Of a stretch of 24,291 nucleotides of DNA, positions 1 to 6,550 are shown one piece after another. The stretch lies in IMG/VR virus record IMGVR_UViG_3300048854_000095, positions 1 to 24,291 of that record; one strand, given 5' to 3'. Within the stretch, counting starts at the first letter, position 1; each line of letters begins with the position of its first letter. The DNA is from a virus. Lineage: Duplodnaviria > Caudoviricetes. Made by a program: the position numbers and the translations under genes. Under the pieces are notes generated by a model, which had not been told where the DNA came from, ran no database searches, and saw only the letters and a list, made by a program, of their open reading frames with translations.

Positions 1-654
1 CAGAATAATGCATACCAGGATGCGAACGGCTCGCTTTGGACAATCTGCTATGAGCTCCTCATGTATGCAGCGTTACTCGCGCTTGCCATGTGTGGTTTAT
101 TGCGATTGAAGGTCGTTGCGGCATTTGCTTGCGGTGCAGTGATCGTTTGGTTTTTGTATCGACCAGACAGCATCTCAATCTTTGGCTTGCCCAACAACAA
201 TGATGCTGGACGCCTACCGGCGTTCTTTTCATTTGGCGTCTTGCTGGCACTCTTCAAGGAAAAAATCCGCATCGACGCGCGAGTGGTGCTCGGTACCTAT
301 CTCCTTGCATGGCTGCTTCGAGACGGACCGGTGTTTGAATACGCGTTCTATGTTGCCTTCCTGCTGACGCCGCTATGGCTGATGACACTGAGGCCCATCA
401 AAGCGCTTAAACTTCCCGGAGACTATTCATACGGAGTTTACGTTTATGGATGGCCGATACAGCAAACGATCACTGCTTTATTTCCTGACATTAGCCTGCA
501 GCAAAATCAGCTTTTCTCAATTGCTGTGGCTATCGCTGTCGGCGCTGCTTCATGGCATTTTCTCGAGAAGCCTTTCGTCAAAGTCGGGCACCGCCTTCCG
601 GACGTTCTTCAAGCAATCCGACCGATGGTGCCGACCCGCTGGTTTTCAGGATGA
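1..654 (+). CDS. Acyltransferase-3 family (OafA/YrhL-like) membrane O-acyltransferase, 5'-truncated by window edge
   Basis: Frame is open from base 1 (QNNAYQDANGSLWTICYELLMY...). The NGSLWT.xYE, GDYSYGVYVYGWP and SWHFLEKP motifs and multiple hydrophobic segments are typical of AT3 proteins. Confidence 0.85.
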   Translation, partial: QNNAYQDANGSLWTICYELLMYAALLALAMCGLLRLKVVAAFACGAVIVWFLYRPDSISIFGLPNNNDAGRLPAFFSFGVLLALFKEKIRIDARVVLGTYLLAWLLRDGPVFEYAFYVAFLLTPLWLMTLRPIKALKLPGDYSYGVYVYGWPIQQTITALFPDISLQQNQLFSIAVAIAVGAASWHFLEKPFVKVGHRLPDVLQAIRPMVPTRWFSG

Positions 655-720
655 AGAGTGTTACATCACCGCCGCTTTTTACCAACCGCAGGTCGGCGTC
701 ATTGATGCAATGCGCAGATC

Positions 721-906
721 ATGGCCTACGACGAGCACATCAATCCGCTGATGGCTCACATCGCCGAGATCTGCCGTGCCGACAAGATTGCATTCGGTCT
801 CGTTCTTCGGTCTGGCGACATCTTGCAGTTGGCGTCAAACGCCGGGTTTTGCTTGGGCTCCCGTTGCCCTCGCCAATCCAATAGTTGTAGTACTCGACCA
901 AATTAA
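721..906 (+). pseudogene. Probable remnant of a small phage hypothetical protein
   Basis: N-terminus YDEHINPLMAHIAEICRADKIAF resembles a conserved phage hypothetical motif as I recall it (YDEQISPLMxQIIxICKEHxI); the rest of the ORF looks non-coding. Confidence 0.35.
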
Positions 907-992
907 CGAGCGGCTGCACCCCTAACGTCGAAATCGTTTTATTCCCCGGTCTCTCTAGCCGGCTTATGTCGACTGCGTAAGTGCGCAGAACG

Positions 993-1021
993 AAAAAAAG
1001 CCCGCAACGGTGTGCGGGCTT
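993..1021 (-). terminator. Rho-independent terminator downstream of tRNA-His
   Basis: Stem AAGCCCGCA (998-1006) / TGCGGGCTT (1013-1021) with a 6-nt loop; the A-run at 993-999 gives a U-tail on the - strand. Confidence 0.85.
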
Positions 1022-1061
1022 AATTCCGAAACTTCCAACTGCTTGATACCGCTGAATTCTT

Positions 1062-1137
1062 TGGGGTGGCTGATGGGGCTCGAACCCACGACAACAGGAA
1101 TCACAATCCTGGACTCTACCAACTGAGCTACAGCCAC
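1062..1137 (-). tRNA. tRNA-His (GTG)
   Basis: Reverse complement reads GTGGCTGTAGCTCAGTTGGTAGAGTCCAGGATTGTGATTCCTGTTGTCGTGGGTTCGAGCCCCATCAGCCACCCCA: cloverleaf, anticodon GTG at 1102-1104, encoded CCA, and G(-1) at 1138. Confidence 0.97.
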
Positions 1138-1202
1138 CACTGACATCTGCTTTGACTCGCCGGAAACAACTAAAAAACCCGGGTCACCAACGACGAAACG
1201 AG

Positions 1203-1231
1203 ATTATACGAACACAAACGGCGTTTGCCTA
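1203..1231 (-). promoter_or_regulatory. Putative sigma70 promoter for tRNA-His
   Basis: TAGGCA (1231-1226), 17 bp spacer, perfect TATAAT (1208-1203), about 65 bp upstream of the tRNA. Confidence 0.65.
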
Positions 1232-1236
1232 GCCCT

Positions 1237-2247
1237 TTATTCAAAAATCTCGACCGGCTCACGCAGATGCTGTCTCGCCTCGTCGAAGATCGCAAGGTCG
1301 CGTGCCGCGAGACGTTTGCTGTCCGACAGCACGCGCCGCCAGCCGCGCGCGCCGGCCTCGCCGCGATAGAGGCCGAGCGCATGACGCGTGATCGCGCCGA
1401 GATACGTGCCGCGCGCCATCTCGGCCGCGCAATACTCGATCAATTGCGCTTCCACCTGCTCGCGCGTGAGCGGCGCCTGCGTCGAACCATAGAAGCGCGC
1501 GTCGACGTCGGCCAGCAGATACGGGTTGTGATAGGCCTCGCGCCCGAGCATCACGCCATCGACGTGCTGAAGATGCGTCTCCACTTCGTCGAGCGTCCGG
1601 ATTCCGCCATTGATGATGATCTCCAGGTGCGGGAAGTCGCGCTTCAACTGATAGGCGTATTCGTACTTGAGCGGCGGAATTTCGCGATTCTCTTTCGGGC
1701 TCAGACCTTTGAGAATCGCGTTGCGCGCATGCACGATGAAAACATCGCAGCCGGCCTCTGCAATCGTGCCGACAAAGTCGCGCACGAAGCCGTATTCCTC
1801 GACGGCATCCACGCCGATCCGGTGCTTGACCGTGACCGGCACCGACACCACGTCGCGCATCGCCTTCACACAGTCCGCCACGAGTTGCGGCTCGTTCATC
1901 AGACACGCGCCGAATGCGCCGCGCTGCACGCGCTCCGACGGGCAGCCGCAATTCAGGTTGATTTCGTCGTAGCCCCACTGCTCGCCGAGCTTCGCCGAGC
2001 GCGCGAGATCGTCCGGCTCGCTGCCGCCGAGTTGCAGCGCGACGGGCGCTTCGTCGGGCGTAAACGCCAGATGGCGCGGCACATCGCCGTGCAGCAGCGC
2101 GCCGGTCGTCACCATTTCCGTGTACAGCCACGTATGGCGCGAAATCATGCGATGAAGCGACCGGCAGTGGCGATCGGTCCAGTCCATCATGGGTGCCACG
2201 GATACACGGCGGGGCGTTGATTTCATTGGTTTTTGCTGCACTTTCAT
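1237..2247 (-). CDS. dusA: tRNA-dihydrouridine(20/20a) synthase DusA
   Basis: Motifs VAPMMDWTDRHCR, LYTEMV, ALQLGGS, NLNCGCPSERVQRGAFGACLM, VTVKHRIG, HARNA, NGGI and GVMLGREAY. Start is either 2247 or 2226. Confidence 0.96.
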   Translation of the reverse strand: MKVQQKPMKSTPRRVSVAPMMDWTDRHCRSLHRMISRHTWLYTEMVTTGALLHGDVPRHLAFTPDEAPVALQLGGSEPDDLARSAKLGEQWGYDEINLNCGCPSERVQRGAFGACLMNEPQLVADCVKAMRDVVSVPVTVKHRIGVDAVEEYGFVRDFVGTIAEAGCDVFIVHARNAILKGLSPKENREIPPLKYEYAYQLKRDFPHLEIIINGGIRTLDEVETHLQHVDGVMLGREAYHNPYLLADVDARFYGSTQAPLTREQVEAQLIEYCAAEMARGTYLGAITRHALGLYRGEAGARGWRRVLSDSKRLAARDLAIFDEARQHLREPVEIFE

Positions 2248-2358
2248 GGCCTTACGGATGATTCTTGAGAGCGCGGTTTAAGTCCGTTTTTCGTGGTTTT
2301 TGCTGGTTTTTTGTCGTAAGTGCTACGATGTTGCACCGAAAAACTTCATGTAGCACCG
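2227..2358. repeat. att-arm region: direct/inverted repeats and phased T-tracts
   Basis: TGGTTTTTGCTG at 2227-2238 and 2294-2305; ATGTWGCACCG at 2328-2338 and 2348-2358; inverted GTGCTAC at 2320-2326; T-tracts starting near 2287, 2297 and 2307. Confidence 0.6.
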
Positions 2359-2365
2359 GGGAACG

Positions 2366-3445
2366 ATGGGCACCATTACGGAACGCGTACGAAAGGACAA
2401 AAGTATAGGCTACACGGCGCAGATTCGTCTGAAGCAGAACGGGCGAGTCGTGCACACCGAGGCAAGGACATTCGACCGAAAACCAGCGGCGCAGGCGTGG
2501 CTCGACAAGCGCGAACGCGAACTGGCGCAGCCGGGCGCGCTGGAGTCAGCCAGGAAGGAGGACCCGACGCTGTCAGAAGCCATCGGGCGCTATGTCCGGG
2601 AGTCGAAGCGCGACATCGGCCGCACAAAGAAGCAGGTGCTCGACGCCATATCAGCTGCGGCGATCGGACAAATGCGGTGCAGCGAGATCGGTAGCCAGCA
2701 GATCGTGCAATTCGCGCAGGGCCTGAAAGTGAAGCCGCAGACAGCCGGCAACTACGTCTCGCACCTTGCCGCTGTGTTCCGGATCGCGCGGCCCGCTTGG
2801 GGCTACTCGCTGGACATGCAGGCGATGGACGACGCGCGCGTGGTGATGAAGAAGCTTGGGACGACGAGTAAATCGGACCAGCGCGATCGGCGCCCTACTC
2901 TCGACGAGATCGACCGAATCCTCGCCCACTTCCAGGGCATCCGCAAGCGCAGGCCGGACAGCGCGCCGATGGTGGCGCTGACCGCCTTCGCGCTTTTCTC
3001 GACGCGGCGCCTCGAGGAAATGTGCCGGATCGAGTGGCGCGACTTCGACGAGGCAGGCGGACGCGTGCTCGTGCGCAACCTGAAACACCCGGGGCAGAAG
3101 ATCGGCAACGACGTGTGGTGCGACCTAGTGCCCGAGGCAGTGCGCATCGTGAAGGCGCAGCCGCGGCTCGACGACCGAATCTTTCCCTACGGTACCGACG
3201 CCGTCGGCATGGCGTTCACGCGCGCGTGCCAGTTCCTCGAAATCGAAGACCTACATCTGCACGACCTGCGCCACGAAGGCACGAGCCGGCTGTTCGAGAT
3301 GGGCTGGAACATACCGCACGTGGCCGCGGTAACAGGTCATCGAAGCTGGACGTCGCTGAAACGCTACACACACATCAGGCAGACGGGAGACAAATTCGCC
3401 GGCTGGAAATGGCTCGATATCATCGCGCCAAAAGCCGTCCCGTGA
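2366..3445 (+). CDS. int: Tyrosine recombinase, dusA-associated integrase
   Basis: N-terminal MGTITERVRKD...YTAQIR arm-binding region; catalytic R (STRR), K (LKHP), HDLRH, GH and Y (LKRY); divergent from dusA. Confidence 0.93.
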   Translation: MGTITERVRKDKSIGYTAQIRLKQNGRVVHTEARTFDRKPAAQAWLDKRERELAQPGALESARKEDPTLSEAIGRYVRESKRDIGRTKKQVLDAISAAAIGQMRCSEIGSQQIVQFAQGLKVKPQTAGNYVSHLAAVFRIARPAWGYSLDMQAMDDARVVMKKLGTTSKSDQRDRRPTLDEIDRILAHFQGIRKRRPDSAPMVALTAFALFSTRRLEEMCRIEWRDFDEAGGRVLVRNLKHPGQKIGNDVWCDLVPEAVRIVKAQPRLDDRIFPYGTDAVGMAFTRACQFLEIEDLHLHDLRHEGTSRLFEMGWNIPHVAAVTGHRSWTSLKRYTHIRQTGDKFAGWKWLDIIAPKAVP

Positions 3446-3596
3446 AGGAGATCGTAAGAATTCTTCTGTAAGACGATAGAAGCCATCCGAAAAAAACCCA
3501 CTACCATATTGATCGCGCATCGCCCGATGCGTCCGTTTCAGGATCGATGCCAAGGGGTACTCATCCCTGAAACGGCAACCATCCATGGAGTGAACG

Positions 3597-3896
3597 ATGA
3601 AGGGCAAGGTAGTAATCGCTGTCGCGTGTCTGGTCATGTCTGTGGCGGCCGCTGCCGCTTTTGCGCACAGGACCGCACACGCTCAACCGGTAACGCAGTC
3701 CGCAGCTGTTGACGAGCGCGCAGACCCGGCGGGAACAGCGGGCGGATGCAAGTCGCCAACATTCCGATGCGAGAACTGCGGCGGCCCGCACGGCGGGTGC
3801 TATGGTCCGCTCTGTCCGGACTGCCACTATAAAGACCAGAATCAGCAGCCGAAGCCGGTACCAATCATTCCGCCGCAGCCTCCGCGCGCAGGTTAA
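3597..3896 (+). CDS. Small secreted Cys-rich protein (signal peptide, CxxC and CxxCH motifs)
   Basis: GGAG 6 nt upstream of ATG; signal peptide MKGKVVIAVACLVMSVAAAAAFA; mature region C-x6-CENC-x6-C-x4-CPDCH and a Pro/Gln-rich tail. Confidence 0.7.
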   Translation: MKGKVVIAVACLVMSVAAAAAFAHRTAHAQPVTQSAAVDERADPAGTAGGCKSPTFRCENCGGPHGGCYGPLCPDCHYKDQNQQPKPVPIIPPQPPRAG

Positions 3897-3946
3897 TAAC
3901 CCAGAGGACCGGGCCGCTCACCGGTCTTACTGTTCTGGAAAGGAAA

Positions 3947-4288
3947 ATGGAAAAACTGTTGCCGGAAGGCATTGGCCCGCACGAGGGAAAGGAATACCAC
4001 CTGATGAAGGAGGGAAAGAAAAACCTTGCGCTATTCAGCGATGTGATCCCAGACGAGTTCAGGGAGGACCCGGCGAATCTTGACCTCGGCGTTATCGCAT
4101 GTGAAGCCGAGTTCTGCACTGTCTTTTACCGACAGGGGTACAGGGAGGAAGCTGAAGCGTTGTTTGCGCTCAACATGAAAGCGCGCGGCACCGGGTTTGA
4201 TCCGGTGCTCGAGCGCCAGATCGGCCACCTGCTCGGCTATGAGGACTGGCAGATTGATGTGTTTCTTCGGCACGTCGGGGCCATCTAG
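3947..4288 (+). CDS. Cytoplasmic hypothetical protein (GIGPHEGKE...IGHLLGY)
   Basis: Strong RBS (AAAGGAAA-ATG), 113 aa with globular composition and no signal or TM segment; fills the gap to the convergent Rz stop. Confidence 0.8.
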   Translation: MEKLLPEGIGPHEGKEYHLMKEGKKNLALFSDVIPDEFREDPANLDLGVIACEAEFCTVFYRQGYREEAEALFALNMKARGTGFDPVLERQIGHLLGYEDWQIDVFLRHVGAI

Positions 4289-4293
4289 CGCGT

Positions 4294-4863
4294 TCAGCAC
4301 GTCCCTGCGACTAATCCCTGCTGTTGAAGGGTACAGACGTACCCTTGGAGGTAGATGGCTTTAGCCCGGGCGTCGTTGTCGGCGTCGTCGACGATGCCGA
4401 AAAGAGCGCTTCCAAACGCTGGTGATAGCTCGGCGGTGCCACTGGCACCATCGCCCACGCTGCCGGCGCCGGTCCCTGCACCTGCTGTGTTGCTACTGCC
4501 TGCGGCGGGAGTGTAGTTGGTGACGGCGATCCGCAAGCGGCGAGCACCGTCGGCAATAGCAGCGCGATTCTTCGCATTGTCCGATTCATGAGCTTCTCTC
4601 TCCTGGGTGAGTTGTGAGTCGAGCGCCGCAATGCGGCCGGCTGCGACCTTGCCGTCTGCGATCGCCTTCTGTTCCGCTGCGAGCGCCGCGTCCGACACCG
4701 CCTTGAGACGGTTCGCGTTCTGCTCGTTGTCCTGCGCGTGCGCCGCGCGCTCATTCGCCAGCTGCGCGCCGTAGTGGTTCGCGTCGAGTGCGTGTGTGCC
4801 GCCGGCGCCAATTGCGATGCCGAGCAGCGCGGCGCCGAGGCCAGTAATCAGGTAGGGGCTCAT
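4294..4863 (-). CDS. Rz-like inner-membrane spanin
   Basis: N-terminal TM segment, Ala-rich coiled coil, GARRLRIAV and LQGYV motifs; last gene of the lysis cassette. Confidence 0.88.
   Translation of the reverse strand: MSPYLITGLGAALLGIAIGAGGTHALDANHYGAQLANERAAHAQDNEQNANRLKAVSDAALAAEQKAIADGKVAAGRIAALDSQLTQEREAHESDNAKNRAAIADGARRLRIAVTNYTPAAGSSNTAGAGTGAGSVGDGASGTAELSPAFGSALFGIVDDADNDARAKAIYLQGYVCTLQQQGLVAGTC
4311..4589 (-). CDS. Rz1-like outer-membrane lipoprotein spanin, embedded in Rz
   Basis: Alternate frame inside Rz: MNRTMRRIALLLPTVLAAC lipobox followed by a Pro-rich segment (PAPAAWAMVP); AGGAG upstream. Alternative ATG at 4577. Confidence 0.8.
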   Translation of the reverse strand: MNRTMRRIALLLPTVLAACGSPSPTTLPPQAVATQQVQGPAPAAWAMVPVAPPSYHQRLEALFSASSTTPTTTPGLKPSTSKGTSVPFNSRD

Positions 4864-5159
4864 TCGTCGTCCATGTCAGGGAGGGGAACAATCTGACCTG
4901 CAAGCGCGTGCGTGCAGTCGCTGAGAAACTGGATGCGCCCCTCGATCACGAACGAATGGCACACCTTCGGCACGTCGCGCTGTGTCCAACTGACAGCGAT
5001 GCTGGGCGACAGCGTCGGCTTTTCGAAGTCTTCGTTGAACGTCCAGTTGGGCCGGGCCGTGCCACCGACGCTCACAGCGTGAAGAAAGCCGCAGCCCGGG
5101 CAATCGAACAGCAGCGAGCTTGAGCCGTCCGCGTTCCTCTGTTCCTGAACCTTTGGCAT
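4860..5159 (-). CDS. Cys/His metal-binding protein (DUF6527-like), 99 aa
   Basis: Likely start ATG 5159 (GGAGA upstream, adjacent to endolysin stop); FDCPGCGFLH...WTFN..KPTLSPS...CHSF...DCTH; stop overlaps Rz start (ATGA). Confidence 0.8.
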   Translation of the reverse strand: MPKVQEQRNADGSSSLLFDCPGCGFLHAVSVGGTARPNWTFNEDFEKPTLSPSIAVSWTQRDVPKVCHSFVIEGRIQFLSDCTHALAGQIVPLPDMDDE

Positions 5160-5160
5160 G

Positions 5161-5676
5161 TCATTCTCCCAGGCACGCGGCCCGCTCGAGGTTGCGGCGC
5201 GCGACGATGCCGCCGCACCGGTTAGCCGTGATCGCGCAGTCTTTGCCCGCGACGAAGCGCCAGCGATAGAACTGATTGCACGCCGCGGGGAACTGCCTCT
5301 TGATGTACATCGCGCGCAGCGTCGAACCCTTGTAGTTCGCGAGTCCGGTGTTGTACGCGAGATCGATAACGGCGACCTTCTGCCCGTCCGTGAGCGTGTC
5401 GAATCCAGGCGTGATCGCCCGCACCGCCTCGGCATAGTCGGCGAGCCGGTCACCGAGCATCGACTTGCATTCAGGCAGCGTGTAGGCGCGCATGGCGACC
5501 GTCGTGTCACCGAAGCACACCGTCTGCACGTCGTGCGCGAGCCGGTCGTTGTACGGCGTCAGTGACACACCTTCCTGCGATGCGGTCAGCCCGACGAGCG
5601 CGGCGGCCGCTGCAGCGCCGACCACCGCCGCGAGGCTGCGCTTGCGCGGTGGCGTTTTGCGTTGGACGTCAGCCAC
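5161..5676 (-). CDS. SAR-type endolysin, GH24 lysozyme
   Basis: GTG start at 5676 overlapping the holin stop; basic N-terminus then Ala/Gly-rich SAR segment directly before EG; E...D...T triad (EGVSLTPYND...QTVCFG); AYNTG and GIVARRNLE motifs. Confidence 0.9.
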   Translation of the reverse strand: MADVQRKTPPRKRSLAAVVGAAAAAALVGLTASQEGVSLTPYNDRLAHDVQTVCFGDTTVAMRAYTLPECKSMLGDRLADYAEAVRAITPGFDTLTDGQKVAVIDLAYNTGLANYKGSTLRAMYIKRQFPAACNQFYRWRFVAGKDCAITANRCGGIVARRNLERAACLGE

Positions 5677-5899
5677 GGGCGTCGTCCGGCAGGTTCGACT
5701 GCGCGACATACGAACCGTAGAGGCCGTACAGGGAAACGGCGCACGGCACGAGGAAGATGAGCCACGTCGGCAGGCGATCGACGAACGCGCCCGGCAGCGC
5801 CGCCCATACGCCGCCAATGAACGAGACAGCGAAGCCCAGGTAGTGCGCACGCACCGAGTTGCGCTTCCACGCGCGGCGCCAGTAGGAGACAAGTCTCAT
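5669..5899 (-). CDS. Putative holin (2 TM), 76 aa
   Basis: MRLVSYWRRAWKRNSV followed by two hydrophobic segments; immediately upstream of the endolysin; ATGA-coupled to the preceding gene. Confidence 0.7.
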   Translation of the reverse strand: MRLVSYWRRAWKRNSVRAHYLGFAVSFIGGVWAALPGAFVDRLPTWLIFLVPCAVSLYGLYGSYVAQSNLPDDARG

Positions 5900-6225
5900 G
5901 GAGTTAATTTCGATTTGAAGAATTGCCACAGTGCGAGCGCTAGCACTGCAACCAGCGCCCATAGACCCTTTTTCGCTAATTCCGCCCGCAGATCCTCATA
6001 AAACTTCTCGCGCGCCTCGTTCTTTCTGATAATCGATTCGTGATACCGACGATGTCCGTCCGCATCGCCGTCAGGAAAAGCCTTCCGAAGCTCGTCTATT
6101 CCCCTGATGGCCTCAACGATCTTCTTTTCGGTGACAGCCTGCGCCGTGATGTTTTCGCCATGCCGCTGATCAAGGTCTTCTTTCAAAGAAAGAATCGCGG
6201 CCACGACTTTATCTACTCCGTCCAT
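5896..6225 (-). CDS. Lysis-cassette membrane protein with C-terminal TM (holin/antiholin-like)
   Basis: Charged helical N-domain, single TM GLWALVAVLALALWQFF, basic C-tail; first gene of the coupled lysis cassette. Confidence 0.7.
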   Translation of the reverse strand: MDGVDKVVAAILSLKEDLDQRHGENITAQAVTEKKIVEAIRGIDELRKAFPDGDADGHRRYHESIIRKNEAREKFYEDLRAELAKKGLWALVAVLALALWQFFKSKLTP

Positions 6226-6417
6226 TAATGCCCCGGTGATTTTAAGCGATAGGCCGGCATGCGAAACACGGCATTATCTACGGTCATAACGTCAACGCCG
6301 CTTATCAGATGCACAGGATTATCTCTCAATAATTCCATTGATTTTCATCGGATTATCTGAGATGAAAGAGACGCCACGGAAGCGGGCGCGGGGCGCGCAA
6401 GGCGCGAAAAAATTTTC

Positions 6418-6446
6418 TTGACGAAGGTACTTTTTGGGCCTACCTT
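6418..6446 (+). promoter_or_regulatory. sigma70 promoter of the moron with overlapping palindromic operator
   Basis: TTGACG (6418-6423), 17 bp, TACCTT (6441-6446), preceded by an A/T-tract UP-like element; inverted repeat AAGGTA/TACCTT spans the spacer and -10. Confidence 0.7.
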
Positions 6447-6550
6447 TCCGGCCATGGGTTGCGCATCCTGCGACGGCCCGAACTCTCCGAAAGGAACGAT
6501 CATGAAAGCCTGCTTTCGTCTGCGCATCCTCGCGCCTGGAAAATCTCGCA

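Noticed and set aside
964-1146. 60-aa ORF on the - strand
   Set aside because: It is a translation of the tRNA-His gene and its terminator.
1225-2220. 331-aa + strand ORF antisense to dusA
   Set aside because: Shadow ORF from GC-rich codon bias; Arg/Ala-rich, no motif, mirrors a well-supported gene.
5160-5510. N-terminal extension of the 4860..5510 ORF
   Set aside because: Overlaps the endolysin in another frame and is Arg/Ser-rich; the credible start with RBS is ATG 5159.
5677-5892. N-terminal extension of the endolysin ORF
   Set aside because: Overlaps the holin; GTG 5676 gives a normal SAR endolysin coupled to the holin stop.
6274-6296. Leftward TTGACG...GATAAT as a sigma70 lysis promoter
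   Set aside because: The spacer is only 11 bp, incompatible with a canonical sigma70 promoter.
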